A stretch of DNA of 64,000 nt from Felis catus. Taxonomy: Eukaryota. A program made the translations under genes and the position numbers. Positions 50,331 to 63,639 of the stretch are shown one piece after another. A model generated the notes under the pieces. The model was not told the origin of the DNA, did no database searches, and worked only from the letters and a program-made list of their open reading frames with translations. Numbering within the stretch: the first letter of the stretch is position 1; each line of letters opens with the position of its first letter. The stretch is from contig NC_058368.1 of assembly GCF_018350175.1 (NCBI RefSeq), positions 167,526,001 to 167,590,000 of the forward strand. The letters run 5' to 3'.

Positions 50331-52464
50331 CTAAAGGAAGACTTCGTCCAAATACCCAGCCAACAGAACACTTGACTAGAATTTGGAGGGCTCTAGGCTT
50401 TTTAAATTAACCCTAAACAGTGCTTTTTAATGGCGATATGCCCAGCGAATGGGCACTACAAAACTTCCCTGTCGTCTTCTTCACGCAGCATGTCCTGAGT
50501 ATAATATTTCTTCTTGTGAAACATGGATTTTACACATTCCACACACATCTATATGCAGCTACACTAATTTATAAAAGAAAGAAATCTCAAATAATCAAGT
50601 GGCTGTTAAATTAGGTAAGAAGGAAATTGGAAGGAGACCAACTAAAATTACACAGTGTAATTAAAAGGGTGTCCTCTCTAAATTTCTAATAAAATGCACT
50701 TGGTTGTTACCGTTTATGGCTGCGCACGATTTTTACGCCAGCATTCAATATCACACAAAGAAACAAAAACAATGAAAATTTACTATCAATAATTTCCATT
50801 CATTTCAGCAACAACCGAAATCTGTCATTACTAAAATTACCTATAAAACTAGTCATTAAAACTAACTGTCTGCCGTGCCAGCCCAGGCTGCCCTCCTCCC
50901 GTTTTCCTCGGGCTTGGCCTCCTTTGATCTTTCTCCCCTGGCTATTAACATTAGTGGCAGGAGTGGTAGACCCACGTCACAGTGAGAAAAATAATTCCTA
51001 AGCAGGAGACGGCTTACAACACAGCAAGCGTCCCAGATGCTGATCCATGCAAAGCGGGGGGAGCAAAGTCACCCTAGAGCCCATTTGGGGCTCAGAGGCT
51101 GTACTACTGCGGAAGCCTCACCCCGCGTCCACCATCCCGCCAGTAGCATCAGGCAGAATGAACAGATCGTGGTTAGAATTAGTTCTCCCCAAATTTACCT
51201 GCTTCCCAAAGCCACAGTCCTCCAAATATATCCAGCCCTTCCGCCTTCCACCTTAGCACTCCAGCCACTGGGCCCCTGCCGGCCGACGATTAAAATAGGA
51301 TGACTGAGCCGTGCCTCTTGAAAGGTCGCGATAACAAATCCAATTTACGATTCTCAAAGGGACAAAACCAAAAGGTGGAAGAGTCTGCATAAGTGAAAAA
51401 TGGTATTATCATTTAATTTTATTCATCAACAAGATCACCTCTCATTTAAGAAGCTAGGCTAGATGGTAATGTTCAACAGAATGGGAAGGGGGAAAATTGC
51501 AGGGCAGGGGTGGGGGTGGGAGGGAATACCACCTGTCCTTCAAAGTATAACCCTGAGTTAAATTCTCTCCTATTATTTCCATCCTTAAAATAGTCAGATA
51601 GCAAGATGTACAAAGCAGTATAGGAGAGCTGCCTTCTTTCAAAGGGCCAGGGCAGCGATTTGAAGAGTTATTCAGGTCACAGAGAAATTACACTTCTTTA
51701 TGCATCTATAAAGAATTCAGAGTTTTCCATTTTTATTAGCATTATTACAATATTGAAGGTTTTCAGGCATATCATGAGAGGAGCATTTACAGAGAAATGC
51801 TGAGCAGACCAGCCTCACACAGCACCCGCCTCCCTTTATGAGGCTCCACAGCCTGGCAGACATTTTGAAGAGCCTAATAAACACATAGTACTTCAATCGC
51901 AAGATCTTGTTAATTTATATCTACACATAACACCAAACACTTTATGTGAAAAAGCAAATGAGTTATTTTTGTCAACTACTAAGACACACCATGATACTTG
52001 TCTTTGAGAACGCAGACAATTTGGGGCCACCCTACTTTTACAGAATTGTCATGCTATCATTGGATCGTCACAAAAAATGTCTTTTTTAAATCCTTTCTTT
52101 CTTCAGTATGGCTATTGAAAATCTAAAATTACCCTTTGATTCTTTTTCAATGCTTATGGTGTCCAAGTCCCATGTTTCTGATACAAATTCCATGAACACT
52201 GAAAATAAACTAACACAATTGTGTCACCAACTGCTCATTTTATTCACATCTCTCCTGCAGTCTCCCCGGCACTTTTTATGGGAGCCCTGATCCTTCTGTA
52301 GCGGCACTGAGACATAGGCACATATTCAAAGGTGAGAGACCAAAAAGGTCATACAGCAAGCAGAGAATATTCCAGCAACGCAGGTTTCGATCTTTGCTAT
52401 TTCAGTGTTATTCCCGCTGAGCCTCGCGTGCCAAGAATACCGCTGGCGCTGTTCAGAGACACTC

Positions 52465-52620
52465 ATGATGACTCAATGGAGAATCAGGAGACCTGGGCAC
52501 TTAACTATGCGCCTATTCCCAATGATATTCTGTCTCAACTCATTTCCATCCTCATAGAAACATGAAAGTGGGGCAATGACAGATATGAAGCCCAGCATGA
52601 ACTGCCTGGCAGAACTCTGC
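52465..52620 (+). mobile_element. Degenerate MIR
   Basis: ggagaatcaggagacctgggc...ctcaactcatttccatcctcatagaaacatgaaagtggggcaatgaca...tgcctggcaga. Confidence 0.45.
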
Positions 52621-53223
52621 CTAGCAACACAGCTTTATCACTCCACCACACATACGAGGCCAGAGTCCACAGGCAGAAATAATGACATAAAAACCAAGCT
52701 GGAAATGCCATAGTTTAAGGAAGCGCTACAAAAATCGTATCACAAAAGAGAGCGTTTAAAATAGTTTTATATTCAATCAGTAGGTACAAATGAAACGTTA
52801 GTAGATATCTTAACCCACAATGAACCAAATGCTGTATTAGCATATGCTTTTTGGCTATGAAAAATCTTGCATTACCTACAAAAGCCTAAGTCTGTAAAAA
52901 TTCCATGGAAAACAAAAAAGAACAATTTGCTCAAGCTTTGACTTAAAGTTTGGCCCTCTATGTAGGAAAAGAAGGTTGAAGTCACATCAGTGATCATTCA
53001 AATTTTGTATGTAAATACAAGAGGGTTTTCTTTATTCTATTTCCTTGACAGACACTAATGTCCAGAAGGTTATTTCTTTGGGGTTGGTTGGTTTGTTTGA
53101 TTTAAGGATTCTAGGTACTAAGTGCAGATATGTGAATAGAACAGGTCACAGAGCATGAATTTACAATTTCTTTCTTTTCAAGGAGAATATTTGTGATGCT
53201 GTAGTCCTCTCTCTCTCTCTCTC

Positions 53224-53426
53224 TTTTAAATGTTTATTTTATTTATTTTGAGAGAGAGCCAGCAAGCAGGGGAGGGGCAGAGAAAGTGGGAGAAAGAGAA
53301 TCCCAAGCAGGCTCCCTCTGTCAGCACAGAGCCCAATGCGGGGCTCGATCCCACAAACCCTGAGATGGTGACCCGAGCCAAAATCAAGAGTCAGATGCTT
53401 AACCAACTGAGCCACCCAGGGGCCCC
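53224..53426 (-). mobile_element. Can-SINE (older subfamily)
   Basis: ttttaaatgtttatttt...gagagagag...aatcccaagcaggctcc...aaatcaagagtcagatgcttaaccaactgagccacccaggggcccc is a reverse-complement Can-SINE. Confidence 0.93.
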
Positions 53427-54228
53427 TTCACACTGACCTTTCCACTGGTTCCAAAGATAAATACTGGTGAACTAGCAGGCCAGGGCTGAGATAGGCATTT
53501 TTAGCCTTGGAAAGGAATTTAACTAGCTAGTCAAATGCAGCTGAATCTGACCTGATTAGTAACAAAAAGCACTTTAGCAGCAACCAAGGACTACATTAAC
53601 ATGCAAGGTGTAGTGATTTCAAATCATTTTCTCTGCTAAATTTCATTTAAAGAAACTGAATGGCTAACTGCTTCTGTACCCAGCTATGCAACAATTTTGA
53701 CAACAGAGTAACATAACATTAACACAGGATAGGAGGTGGGGAGTTAGGGATGATTAATAGGTATCCTTCAAACACATCCACTTTTCTCAGGTTAACAAAG
53801 AATTTTCACATAAAATTTACATTTCTTTAATATCTTCATTCAGTAGGGAACTTCAAACTGTTTTTTGCTATGGTAGGTGTTAGATACTAGCACCTGCATG
53901 AAAATTATCTCAGACCAGAACTATTATTTCTCTTAATCATTTCTGGTGTTTCTTAGGAAGTTAAATTTTACCGGTAAATATGAAACTTGTTTAATTGTAA
54001 CTTCCATGCCATGTATAATGAGTTATATTATAATAGCTCAATGAAATTGTATGGAATCAGGAAAATACATGAATCATTGAAGAATGTCTAATAAGGCCAT
54101 CTTAATAGACTCTGGTCTCTTACAACCAGGAAAACCTGTATGTTATCAGAACCTGCATTCATCAACAGCCCAAGCAAACAAAAAAGTTGGCCACGAAAGT
54201 GAAAATTCTCTTTTCAAAATAGACTTTG

Positions 54229-54267
<39 letters not shown>

Positions 54268-54268
54268 T

Positions 54269-54476
54269 GGGGCACCTGGGTGGCTCAGTCGGTAAGCATC
54301 CGACTTCAGCTCAGGTCATGATCTCATGGTTCGTGAGTTCGAGCCCCGCATCGGGCTGTGTGCTGACAGCTCAGAGCCTGGAGCCTGCTTCGGATTCTGT
54401 GTCTCCCTCTCTCTCTGCTCCTCCCCCTCTTGGGCTATGTCTCTATCTCTCGAAAATAAACATTAAAAAAAAAAAA
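54269..54476 (+). mobile_element. Felid Can-SINE, preceded by a ~31-nt poly-A run
   Basis: ggggcacctgggtggctcagtcggtaagcatccgacttcagctcaggtcatgatctcatggttcgtgagttcgagccccgcatcggg...; both flanks read aaaaaaact (A-rich TSD). Confidence 0.95.
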
Positions 54477-57400
54477 CTCATCCAAAATATTTACCTTGAT
54501 TGGACCTGAAAGCCTACTTGGTAGCTGTTTGAGGCCCACACAGAATTAGTATTAAAGAGTTATCAAGGAGAGCATGCTCTTTGTTTAATCAGGATATAGA
54601 TGCAAAGAGAATCACCGACTGCAATGCACAGTGAAGATCTGGAACAAAGCTGTGAGCAGCTCTCCAGCATAAAGGCCCTGGTTGTGATATTCCTGTCAGT
54701 CACTTTATTAATACAGGGGAAGCCTACTTAATGAACTGCTGAGAACGGAAGAGAGCCACTACGAGAATACATTTTCTGTTTATCAGACTGTAAAATCTGC
54801 AATAAGATCCCAGAATCCTCTTAGATGAATACAAGTTAAAGGAAATAACCTTCCAGGACATCCAAACTCAGTGGCAAAATAGGGGCAAAACAAATTGTGT
54901 CCAAATAAAATTTCAGAAAGACTTGCTGCTTTGGCAACAGCCACAAAAATTTGCTCCATCATCTACAAATCGTGATAAAGTGACACAAACAATGAAAGAT
55001 AATTTCCTAAAAGACTTGAAACTCTGTAACTTTAACCATTTTCTTTTATGATAAGAGAGAAAAGAAAGAAAGATGAAGGTAAACCTTGGAAAAGCTGTGA
55101 TTTTGTTCATTTTATTAACTGAGCAATATAAACTTGAATTATATCACTAAGTTTATTTGCTAGTTACTCATTTCTAAGTGTCTCATACTAATAAAAATAA
55201 AATCTCAAGTGTTTTATAAAAATAACGGGCCTGGAAAAATTGCTGAGGGTATTTTTTAATATCATGTAAGTTTCTTTTATTTTCATGCCTTTGGGGTTGA
55301 AGAAATGGTGTGCAAGTTATTAACTGTAATGTGGCCACTTTAATTACTACCACCAAATTAAAATAAACACAATCTTCAAGATGTTTCAAGTTTCCTAAAA
55401 AGGAAGAAAACTCTGAAAATCCATTATAAATTGGTGATTGGATGGCACAGCATGACCCTTGCTGTATGAACTTCTGTTCTCTCTCTATGTCTTCCTGACA
55501 GATCATGCCTCTACAGTGAAATAAATTAAAAACAATTTTCAACTGATTGATAGCTTTTTAAACACAGTGCACCCTGAATGAAATCATTTACATAAAGTAT
55601 TTTCAAGAGTTACATTGCTAAGTTAAAAATCAAAGTAATGACCCCAATAAGAGATTCCTGAATCACTAAGCAATTTCAAATAAATGAAAAGAGAATGAAA
55701 GGCATTTTTCTCACTGGATGATAGAGTCCTGATTAAATCTTCTTCTGACACTAAAGGAGGCCTTGTAGTCCTAACAACTCTTCATTTCAACTAAGGTCAT
55801 CATGAAAAGAGTGATTATCAAATAAAGCCAATCAGAAAAGACCTCAAAATTTTTCAGGACCTCCAATTCCTTAAGATTTCTAAGGCACCCTGACTGACAG
55901 TCTTGTAAAACATAAGGGTAATTAAACTGACATGAAAATCACTACCCTGCATAAATCCTAAAAGCAGTTTATCTAACCTTCTGATCCTTAGAGAACTCGT
56001 AGTCGTCCTCGCACCTGTTCCTACTCGCCGTCCAATGACCTTCATAAAAAGATTAACACCCAACTATCACACCCTGTATAGTTTACACACATAATCCACA
56101 TCCCCCACAGTATCATCGCTGCGCTAATTATGCAGATAATGCTTCTTGCTGGAACTGATTCACAGCAACTTCAATCTCCTCCCTCGGCACGAGATAGAAC
56201 TGGATGGGTCTTCCAGATGGAAGCTTTGTGATGTTCAGATAAAATAAAAATTTTATTTTTAAACTATAAAATACTGAATACTTAACATATTAACGTGGGG
56301 TTGACACTGTTAACATTTCAAGAAGTTTCACAAAATCAGGCAGTGTTTAAAGAAGTTCACATTGTATAGAATTTATCCAATGTAAAATCTGCAATTATTT
56401 TTAAGTTCCTGCTGAAATATACTGATAAAAAAAAAAGCTAGTTATATGTGGAAACCCTTAACTTTCACTGGCTTTCTCCCAGGCAGAAAGATGTTCAGAC
56501 CATTTATCATGTGTTCATTTATAATTCTGCCTTATTGTGAAGGCAACACACACACAATCTTTGAGTACCTGCAGCTGACTCTACATAAGGTCCTTTTCTC
56601 TAGTAAAGATCAATGGTTATTTTAGCTTTCAGGGAAGCCACGCAGACACGGTCACATGAATTTCCTGTAAGATTCTTAATTGTGTAAACATTCTCTCTCA
56701 AAAATCCAGAAACCACTACTGAATATTTTGTGTGATATTAAAGCAAAAAAGGCACAAATCCCAGTAATATAACCAACAAATGTTATTAGGAAGTGATAAC
56801 ACTATGAACAATATATTTAAATGTTCAAACCACTCCCTAACAACTTTGTTTTTAAGTGATACAGAAAAACAAAACCAAACCCTATGTGAAGGGACAGCTC
56901 AGCTTTTATTGCTGCTTTCTTTTTCTATGTGGGATTTTTACTTTATCTTGTTCTATTTTGAGTGAAAACAAATCATTTAGGAGCCGCAATATTTTAATGT
57001 TGAAAAATACCTATGTGAACCGCCAAGAGAAAATCGGGTATCTACTGGGTTTTCATGCAAAAAAGCATTGAGAGAAATAGCCAAGTCCTGCTTCTAAAAA
57101 ATATTACCACTAACCTCTTTTTCTTCCTTTTTTTTTTTTTTTTTTAATCCTGAAAATGACAAGGTAATCTCAAGTTTTAAGGGGCACCTGACTGGCTTGT
57201 CAGACTAACGTGGCATATTAACTACACTCATTGTGGCACCAGTGGAGCCTTAGTTTTTATCATTTTGATATCCCCTCCAGGGTTTCAATCTTCTCTCTTG
57301 GAGCTCAATCATGCTCTGTGATGCTCTATTCCTACATGAGGATGCAAGAGAACGTCTATTTAAAAATACATTCGGGGAGGGGGTGTCAGGCACTACTGAT

Positions 57401-58968
57401 TGAGAAGGCATTCCATGATGATCCCTATTTTCAGTTAAAATGCGCACTTACGGTTTTGGATTTAACACCCCTGCCTTTGCAGTCAGACAGTCATTTAGCT
57501 GGAGTCAATCAAGCGTGTGATTAGAAATAATAACTCACAAGCAATGAATTCAAAAAGATTAGATCTTTGCCGAAATGCACAAGTACAGCATCCCATTATG
57601 CATCCTTTTCTCTCTGGTTTCTAGAGAGCAGACGGAAAAAAAAAATCAGCCCCCAAAATTGTCTTGCACTCTAAAAGCTGACTTCTCTTAAAATCTCACT
57701 AAAAACTCTCCTATCCCATGATCAGTAACCTCCGCCAGTGGGAGATATAATCAGTACAAGGGGGTGTCTCCTTCTATCTTTTCTCCTCTCTCCCCAATTA
57801 TGCCACAGACTATGTTTTGCACTGAATGGGTCAGAAACTGGACACACCTTATCTTATTTACATAGAATAAGAAAGATAGAGCATGGTTAAAGCCCAAAGA
57901 TGGTTAATATCTAAAACAAACAAACAAAGTCTTCAAATTATTTGCCACTTACATATCAAGTATTTTATTTAAGTACGGGGTTAGAAAAGTAATTAGAGAA
58001 AACTATGTTTGGATTTAATAAGCATTATATTGAAACCACTAAGTCAAGTTCAATCCAACTTTTCTAGATAGCATCTTTGATCAAAGGATTTAATTTCACT
58101 AAGGAAGTTTGGAGATTTAAAGTGAATTATAAGATTTCATATTATGTGGTGTTTTACCTTTAATCAGAGTGCATATAATTCATAGTCAACAGTGTTAATA
58201 ATGGGTAGAATGATCCCAAAGGGAAAAAGATTGACAAAAATGATGAATATTTTGCCTTAGAATGTAATGTAGAGGGGATGGGTTGATTTGCCTTCCCAGC
58301 TATGTTTGGTTTAGGCTGATGTAACGCAGCACACACTGATGACACTAACATAATTCATACAAATGAGGATAGCAGAGAGCAGCCTGGGATTTGACAAATT
58401 TCTGCAGATAATTCCCAAGGCTGAATAAACCACATGTGGGTAACTGGGAGCTAATGCAGTGCAGGAGATACAGATGAATAAAGTCCACAAACACTCACTT
58501 AAAAAAATAAAAATAAGGAAGTAAAAAAGCTCCAAGCCTTATGTTTTTTTTTAAACAAGGAAGAAAGAAGAGTCACATTTCAGTTGCTAATAGAAAATAC
58601 CTTGCCAATTAAGAAATATCTGAACATGTTGATCAGTTGCACCAATAAAGGTTTCTTTACATAAAGAGCCACTATGTTCATTCCAACTTGTGGTTCTAGA
58701 AAATACCACTAAGAAAACTGTTAGGAGCCAATTCATTTTACTCAACAAACAAAACTTAAATTAAAAAAAAAATCCAAATACTAATTTGGATGAGTTTGGG
58801 TACTTTCGACTATATGTGAGAATAGCCAGACCTCACAATTTGATTCTCTTCCGGAAGCCAAATAAGGGATCAATTTCTACCCCCTTTGCCTGATCTTAAC
58901 ATCCAGGGGCAGAAGGCACATCAGTGGTCTTGTGGAGGAAACTCTGATGCCTTATCAATGTAGTTTTT

Positions 58969-58996
58969 GTTTGAGTTTATTTATTTATTTATTTAT

Positions 58997-59038
<42 letters not shown>

Positions 59039-59213
59039 GTCGCCTGCGCGCACGCAAGTGGGGGAGGGGCAGAAAAAGAAGGGGGGAGAGAGAGAATCCC
59101 AAACAGGTTCTGCACTGTCAGTGCAGAGACAGATGTGGCACTCAAACACAAACTGTGAGATTGAGCTGAAATCAAGAGTCAGACGCTTAACAGACTGAGC
59201 CTCCAGGCGCCCC
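58969..59213 (-). mobile_element. Can-SINE with (TTTA)n tail and (AG)18 tract
   Basis: Reverse complement: ...gaaatcaagagtcagacgcttaacagactgagcctccaggcgcccc. TSD-like flanks aatgtaGtttt / aatgtaCtttt. Confidence 0.93.
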
Positions 59214-59374
59214 TAAATGTACTTTTATGGAAAGATCACCAAGAGCCAAATCTAAAGGGTTCTGCACACTGCATCTCTCCACCTTTAACACATGGAAAAC
59301 TAACCCTGACTCAGCTGATACTACTACTGCCTGTCCTACTGTACCATTATATTTCAACCCATAAGAAAGTGACC

Positions 59375-59434
59375 ATCTCTCCCTCCTTCTCTCCATCTTT
59401 CCCTCCCTCTTTCTCTCTCTTTCTTACACATACA

Positions 59435-59468
<34 letters not shown>
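59375..59468. repeat. CT-rich tract followed by (CA)16
   Basis: Read directly. Confidence 0.9.
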
Positions 59469-59471
<3 letters not shown>

Positions 59472-60109
59472 GAAAATGGCTGTGGAGCAGGGTTCCTTAT
59501 TCCTTCAAACATCAAGGTTAAGGTTCCATTTAAGAAACATTTGTTCGCCACCAACCAGATACCGGTCGCTGCACCAGAAACTGGGAGAAATGCTAAAATC
59601 AATAAAATAGGTTTTCTGCTCTAGGGAAGTTTACCTCCTAATCAGAGAAGCAGTTCGAGAGTCACCTCCAGCACCACCCCGTGCTCACAACTTGCCCAGC
59701 TATGATCGGCAGCTTCAGATCTTACTATGACAAGAGGCAAAGAAAGTAAAATAGAAAGAAAAAAAAAAAAAAAACACCTCCCAATGAAGACAAGGTTGTC
59801 TCAAAGAGTTTGCCTTTGTTCATAAATAAAGAAGAAGAATTGAAAACCACTACTAAAATTAGTACCATTCTTCCTTTCTGCCATCTCCAGTAGGACTATG
59901 AGATGCATAACGCAGGGTGAGCACCCAAGTGCTCGGCTGGGGTTCAGTGAAATTCAAAAAGAAGTGAAAACAAAATGCAGTTTAATTTTCTGCCATACAG
60001 AAAAACATCCATGTAAAATAGCTGAACATGTTAAATATTTATATTAAAAATCAGGCATTTCAAGAAGAAAAAAGATATATATAAATCTCCCCCAGCACAC
60101 TACCTACAA

Positions 60110-60175
60110 TCCTTCCTTCACTCATTAAACAGATTTGCTGAGTTCCTACTACGTGCCAAGCCCACTCTAGGTACA
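60110..60175 (-). mobile_element. L2 3' tail
   Basis: ttccttcactcattaaacagatttgctgagttcctactacgtgccaagcccactctaggtac. Confidence 0.6.
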
Positions 60176-60934
60176 TCTTTGTGTGTGTATCTTTGTGTGT
60201 GTGATACATACGCAATCCAAAGATTTCATATTTAATCCTGTCAGAAAATTTTCTGTCTCTTAAACAAGTAAAACCACAGAAGGAACACTTGAAGCTTTCA
60301 GTGCTAATTCGAATAAAATCTTGATGTGTTTCAGTTACTTCATATTGGTAAGAAAATGTGTGAGCAGGAAATTCATTTTAAACAAAATTCATTATATGAA
60401 CTGGTGACATTCTCATGCACTGGTTTTTTTGCCTCCATTTCCAAACACTAATTGACAGCACTTGAACACGGTGATTCAGCTTCCGCGTGTCATATGATTC
60501 CCGGGGACTGTAGCTATATTCCTCAGGCCAGTAGACTGACAAATCAAAAGATAAGAAGTACCTCTCAGCTTGAATCAACTGAAATGTGTCAGAAAATACA
60601 TTTGGCATAATCTTCAGAAATGTCAGGTTTGGCGATGACAGGATAGGCACAGTTTTCCTGACAGTTTTAGCACACCAAAGTTTTAGAGTCCAAGTTAGAA
60701 CGAGGAGGGGAAAAACACTTTTGTCTGCTATTTTGGAGAAAACTACTACACGCAACAAGAGGAAATGTATGACATGCCACTTGAGTCTCTGTCAAGAATG
60801 TTATAAAATACCTGACTATCTAATTAATGAAACATATAACCTGGAAAACGTCCACTAAGATTAAAAGGATTAAGGTATCTTTTAGTATGTCTGCTTATGA
60901 AAATCACGCGACTTGCTCTTCAAGACGTGCCCAG

Positions 60935-61015
60935 CTTCATTTCTCTTCATATTCCCACTGTGCCTTGCACCAGTTCAGTATTTTTATAAATGTGTGTCGA
61001 ATGAGTGAATGAACC
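60935..61015 (+). mobile_element. L2 3' tail
   Basis: atattcccactgtgccttgcac...ataaatgtgtgtcgaatgagtgaatgaa. Confidence 0.55.
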
Positions 61016-62583
61016 AACAGCATCGAGCAAAAATGTTAAGAAACCAAGACTGAGCAGAATACGTTCCATGATATGCCTCTACTGGACCCTGCACTCCATC
61101 TTGCCTTGCCATGACTATGCCTTGGCAAATAAGAATAAATGCAAAAAAGCAAATTAACACACAAGCAGGTGAATTCTAATATACGTCAGGCTCCTTTATG
61201 ATTTCTACATGAGCTGGACTTTCCTGTGTCTTTTATCACCACCACCATCCCCCCTAGATGCACACTTATACGATCATATTCTGCAAACTGTGGATAAAAA
61301 AAGAAACAACTTAATCAGTTGTACAAAAGGCACTACACAGAGCCAAGACTCACGTTTCTACCTCTGGCTACAAAACTCTGACTCCTCCAATTTCCCATTT
61401 GTAAATAGATCTCCAAAAGAAATCAGCCTGAGGGCACTGAATGGCTGTAGATCTCTGTAGGAGCACTGTAGTCTGACAATTGCAAACCCCAATGAGCAGC
61501 TCATACAGGAGATGCAGAGTGCTTCATTCAGACATATCCCTTCCACGTAATCTAACGACTCCAGCGCTGTCAACCTGCATCTGATTTTCATTTATAAATG
61601 AAGTTGCACCAATCTGCAACAATAAAGAACAGTGGCAAAATCTCTAACACGTGGCATCTCTCCATTTTCTTAAAAACAAAAAAGATCCCCATTTGGGCAA
61701 CTCCTAATTGTGCTGGCCACATTTCATTTACTTTCACACCAATGCAACGACAATCTGTCAATATTGGTACTATAAATTACCAAATACTCTAAAAGTACTT
61801 ATTTTAAATGGATCATACAACTACATATTTATGAGTGTTATACACTGAAAGGTAAAAATTATTTCTAATGCCTAAGTCTATACATACTGTCTCCCAAATG
61901 AAACAGGTGCCAAGTCAGTTAAAAGATATACTTAAAAAATACATTTTTCTGACTTAATATGTGTTCTGTATTTTCAGCATGGCTTCACAATCTTTTTCCT
62001 TTTCAAAGGAGCAAAGTCAAATGTATTTTTCACTATATTGGGCAAATGTAACATACTGTTACATAATACATCCCTGCAAAAGCCTTTTATTCCACTATAT
62101 TCCAAGAGTTAGCTCTTTCAGGATATATAATCTTCAGTAAGCATTTATTGAGCATGAACTATGTGCCCATTACCATGCTTGATTAAGGAAACAGAGTGGG
62201 GAAAAACAAAGAAAGTCCCTACTATTAACTTACAGGCAAAAGAGAGAGAGAGAGAAACTAAAATGATTAGTACAATAATAGTTTTGTCTATAAAATTTTA
62301 GGTGCATGGAAGCAGGAATGACTACTACTATGGCCTGGAGACGTGAAGAATAAACATGAATAACATGGAGAAGAGGGGTAAGAACATTCCAGATTTGGAT
62401 CACCATGTTTGAAAGGAGGTGAGAAATTATGAAACTTTAAGAGAAAGGAAAGTAATATGGAATGTCTAGAAAATAGTGGGAAAGCAATGGTAACATTAAT
62501 ATGAGAAGATGGGGCTAGAAGGTAAAGAGTCATCCTACAGGAAATGTGGAACAAAGGTTTCTAAGCAAAAGAAAGATGTGATC

Positions 62584-63095
62584 CCCCATGTTCACCACAG
62601 CATTATTTACAGTAGCCAAGACAGGGAAACAACCTAAGTGTCCCCTGATGGATGAATGGATAAAGAAAATAAATACCATATGATCTCACTTACATGTGGC
62701 ATTAAAAAAAAAAAAGCTCATCAATAATTGGCAGTTGCCAGAGGCAGGGTTTGGGTTGAACAAAAGGGGTGAAGGGGATCAAAAGGTACACTCTTCCAGT
62801 AATACGATAAGTAAGTCCTGGGAATGTCAATGTGCAGTGTGCAGACTACAGTTAATGATACTGTAGTGTGTACCTGAAAGTTGCTAAGAGAGCAGATCTT
62901 AAGAGTTGTTATCATAAGAAAACAATTTTGTAACAATCTATGGTGATGATGTTAACCAGACTTACTGTGGTGATCATTTTGCAATATATACAAATATTAA
63001 ATCATTGTTTTACACCTGAAACTAATGTAATACTAAATGTCAATTTTACCCCAATTAAAAACACACGTGCACACACATAACAATAACAAAAAGGG
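62584..63095 (+). mobile_element. 5'-truncated L1 (L1MA/carnivore-type 3' end) with 16-bp TSD
   Basis: cccatgttcaccacagcattatttacagtagccaag...aacctaagtgtcc...gatgaatggataaagaaaat; 3' UTR gaaagttgctaagagagcagatcttaa...tacacctgaaactaatgtaa. TSD aaagaaagatgtgatc at 62568-62583 and 63096-63111. Confidence 0.92.
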
Positions 63096-63196
63096 AAAGA
63101 AAGATGTGATCAGACTGAATGTCAATTTTACCCCAATTAAAAACACACATGCACACACATAACAACAACAAAAAGGGAAAGAAAGATGTGATCAGA
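63032..63196 (+). repeat. 82-bp tandem duplication (2 copies) spanning the L1 3' junction
   Basis: aatgtcaattttaccccaattaaaaacacac...aaaagggaaagaaagatgtgatcaga begins at 63036 and at 63118; two internal mismatches. Confidence 0.95.
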
Positions 63197-63639
63197 TTCG
63201 TGTTCTCAAAAAATAACCAGACAAGTTAGCCAGACAGGCTGGCTAAAGAAAACTTTAGCAGAAAAATCTAGCAGAAAATGGATTGGGGGGCAAGAAGTAA
63301 AGACAAAAGGATAAGAATCCACCACAAGCAAGGTTCCATGGTTCGGAAATAAGGTTCTGTGCTCCCAAGCTTCTGCTTCCATCCCTTGAATCACTGACAA
63401 GGGTTCTTGTCCCAGGAAGCAGGACTGGCCTACTCTCTACCTAGGGGAGGTCACTCGTCACACTAGGGATGAGTGCCTAATTCAAGGTAAAAAGAAACAC
63501 TAGTGCCCAAACTTACTACTTTCGTCTTCTCAACCAAAAGAACCCAACTAAAACAATGTGGCCTGGCTAAGGTCAAGTTTTTAAATTAACAAAATTAAAA
63601 AACTGATTATGTGTAGAAAGCCAAGGAACACCAAGGTTT

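Larger units (their letters stand above)
62134..63300 (-). mobile_element. L2 fragment interrupted by an L1 insertion
   Basis: Starts tcagtaagcatttattgagcatgaactatgtgcc. The L2-like phrase ggtttctaagcaaaagaaagatgtgatc|agattcgtgttctcaaaaaataacca is collinear across the L1. Confidence 0.6.

Noticed and set aside
57181..57200. SINE-like head ggggcacctgactggct
   Set aside because: Similarity ends after about 17 nt; no body, tail or TSD.
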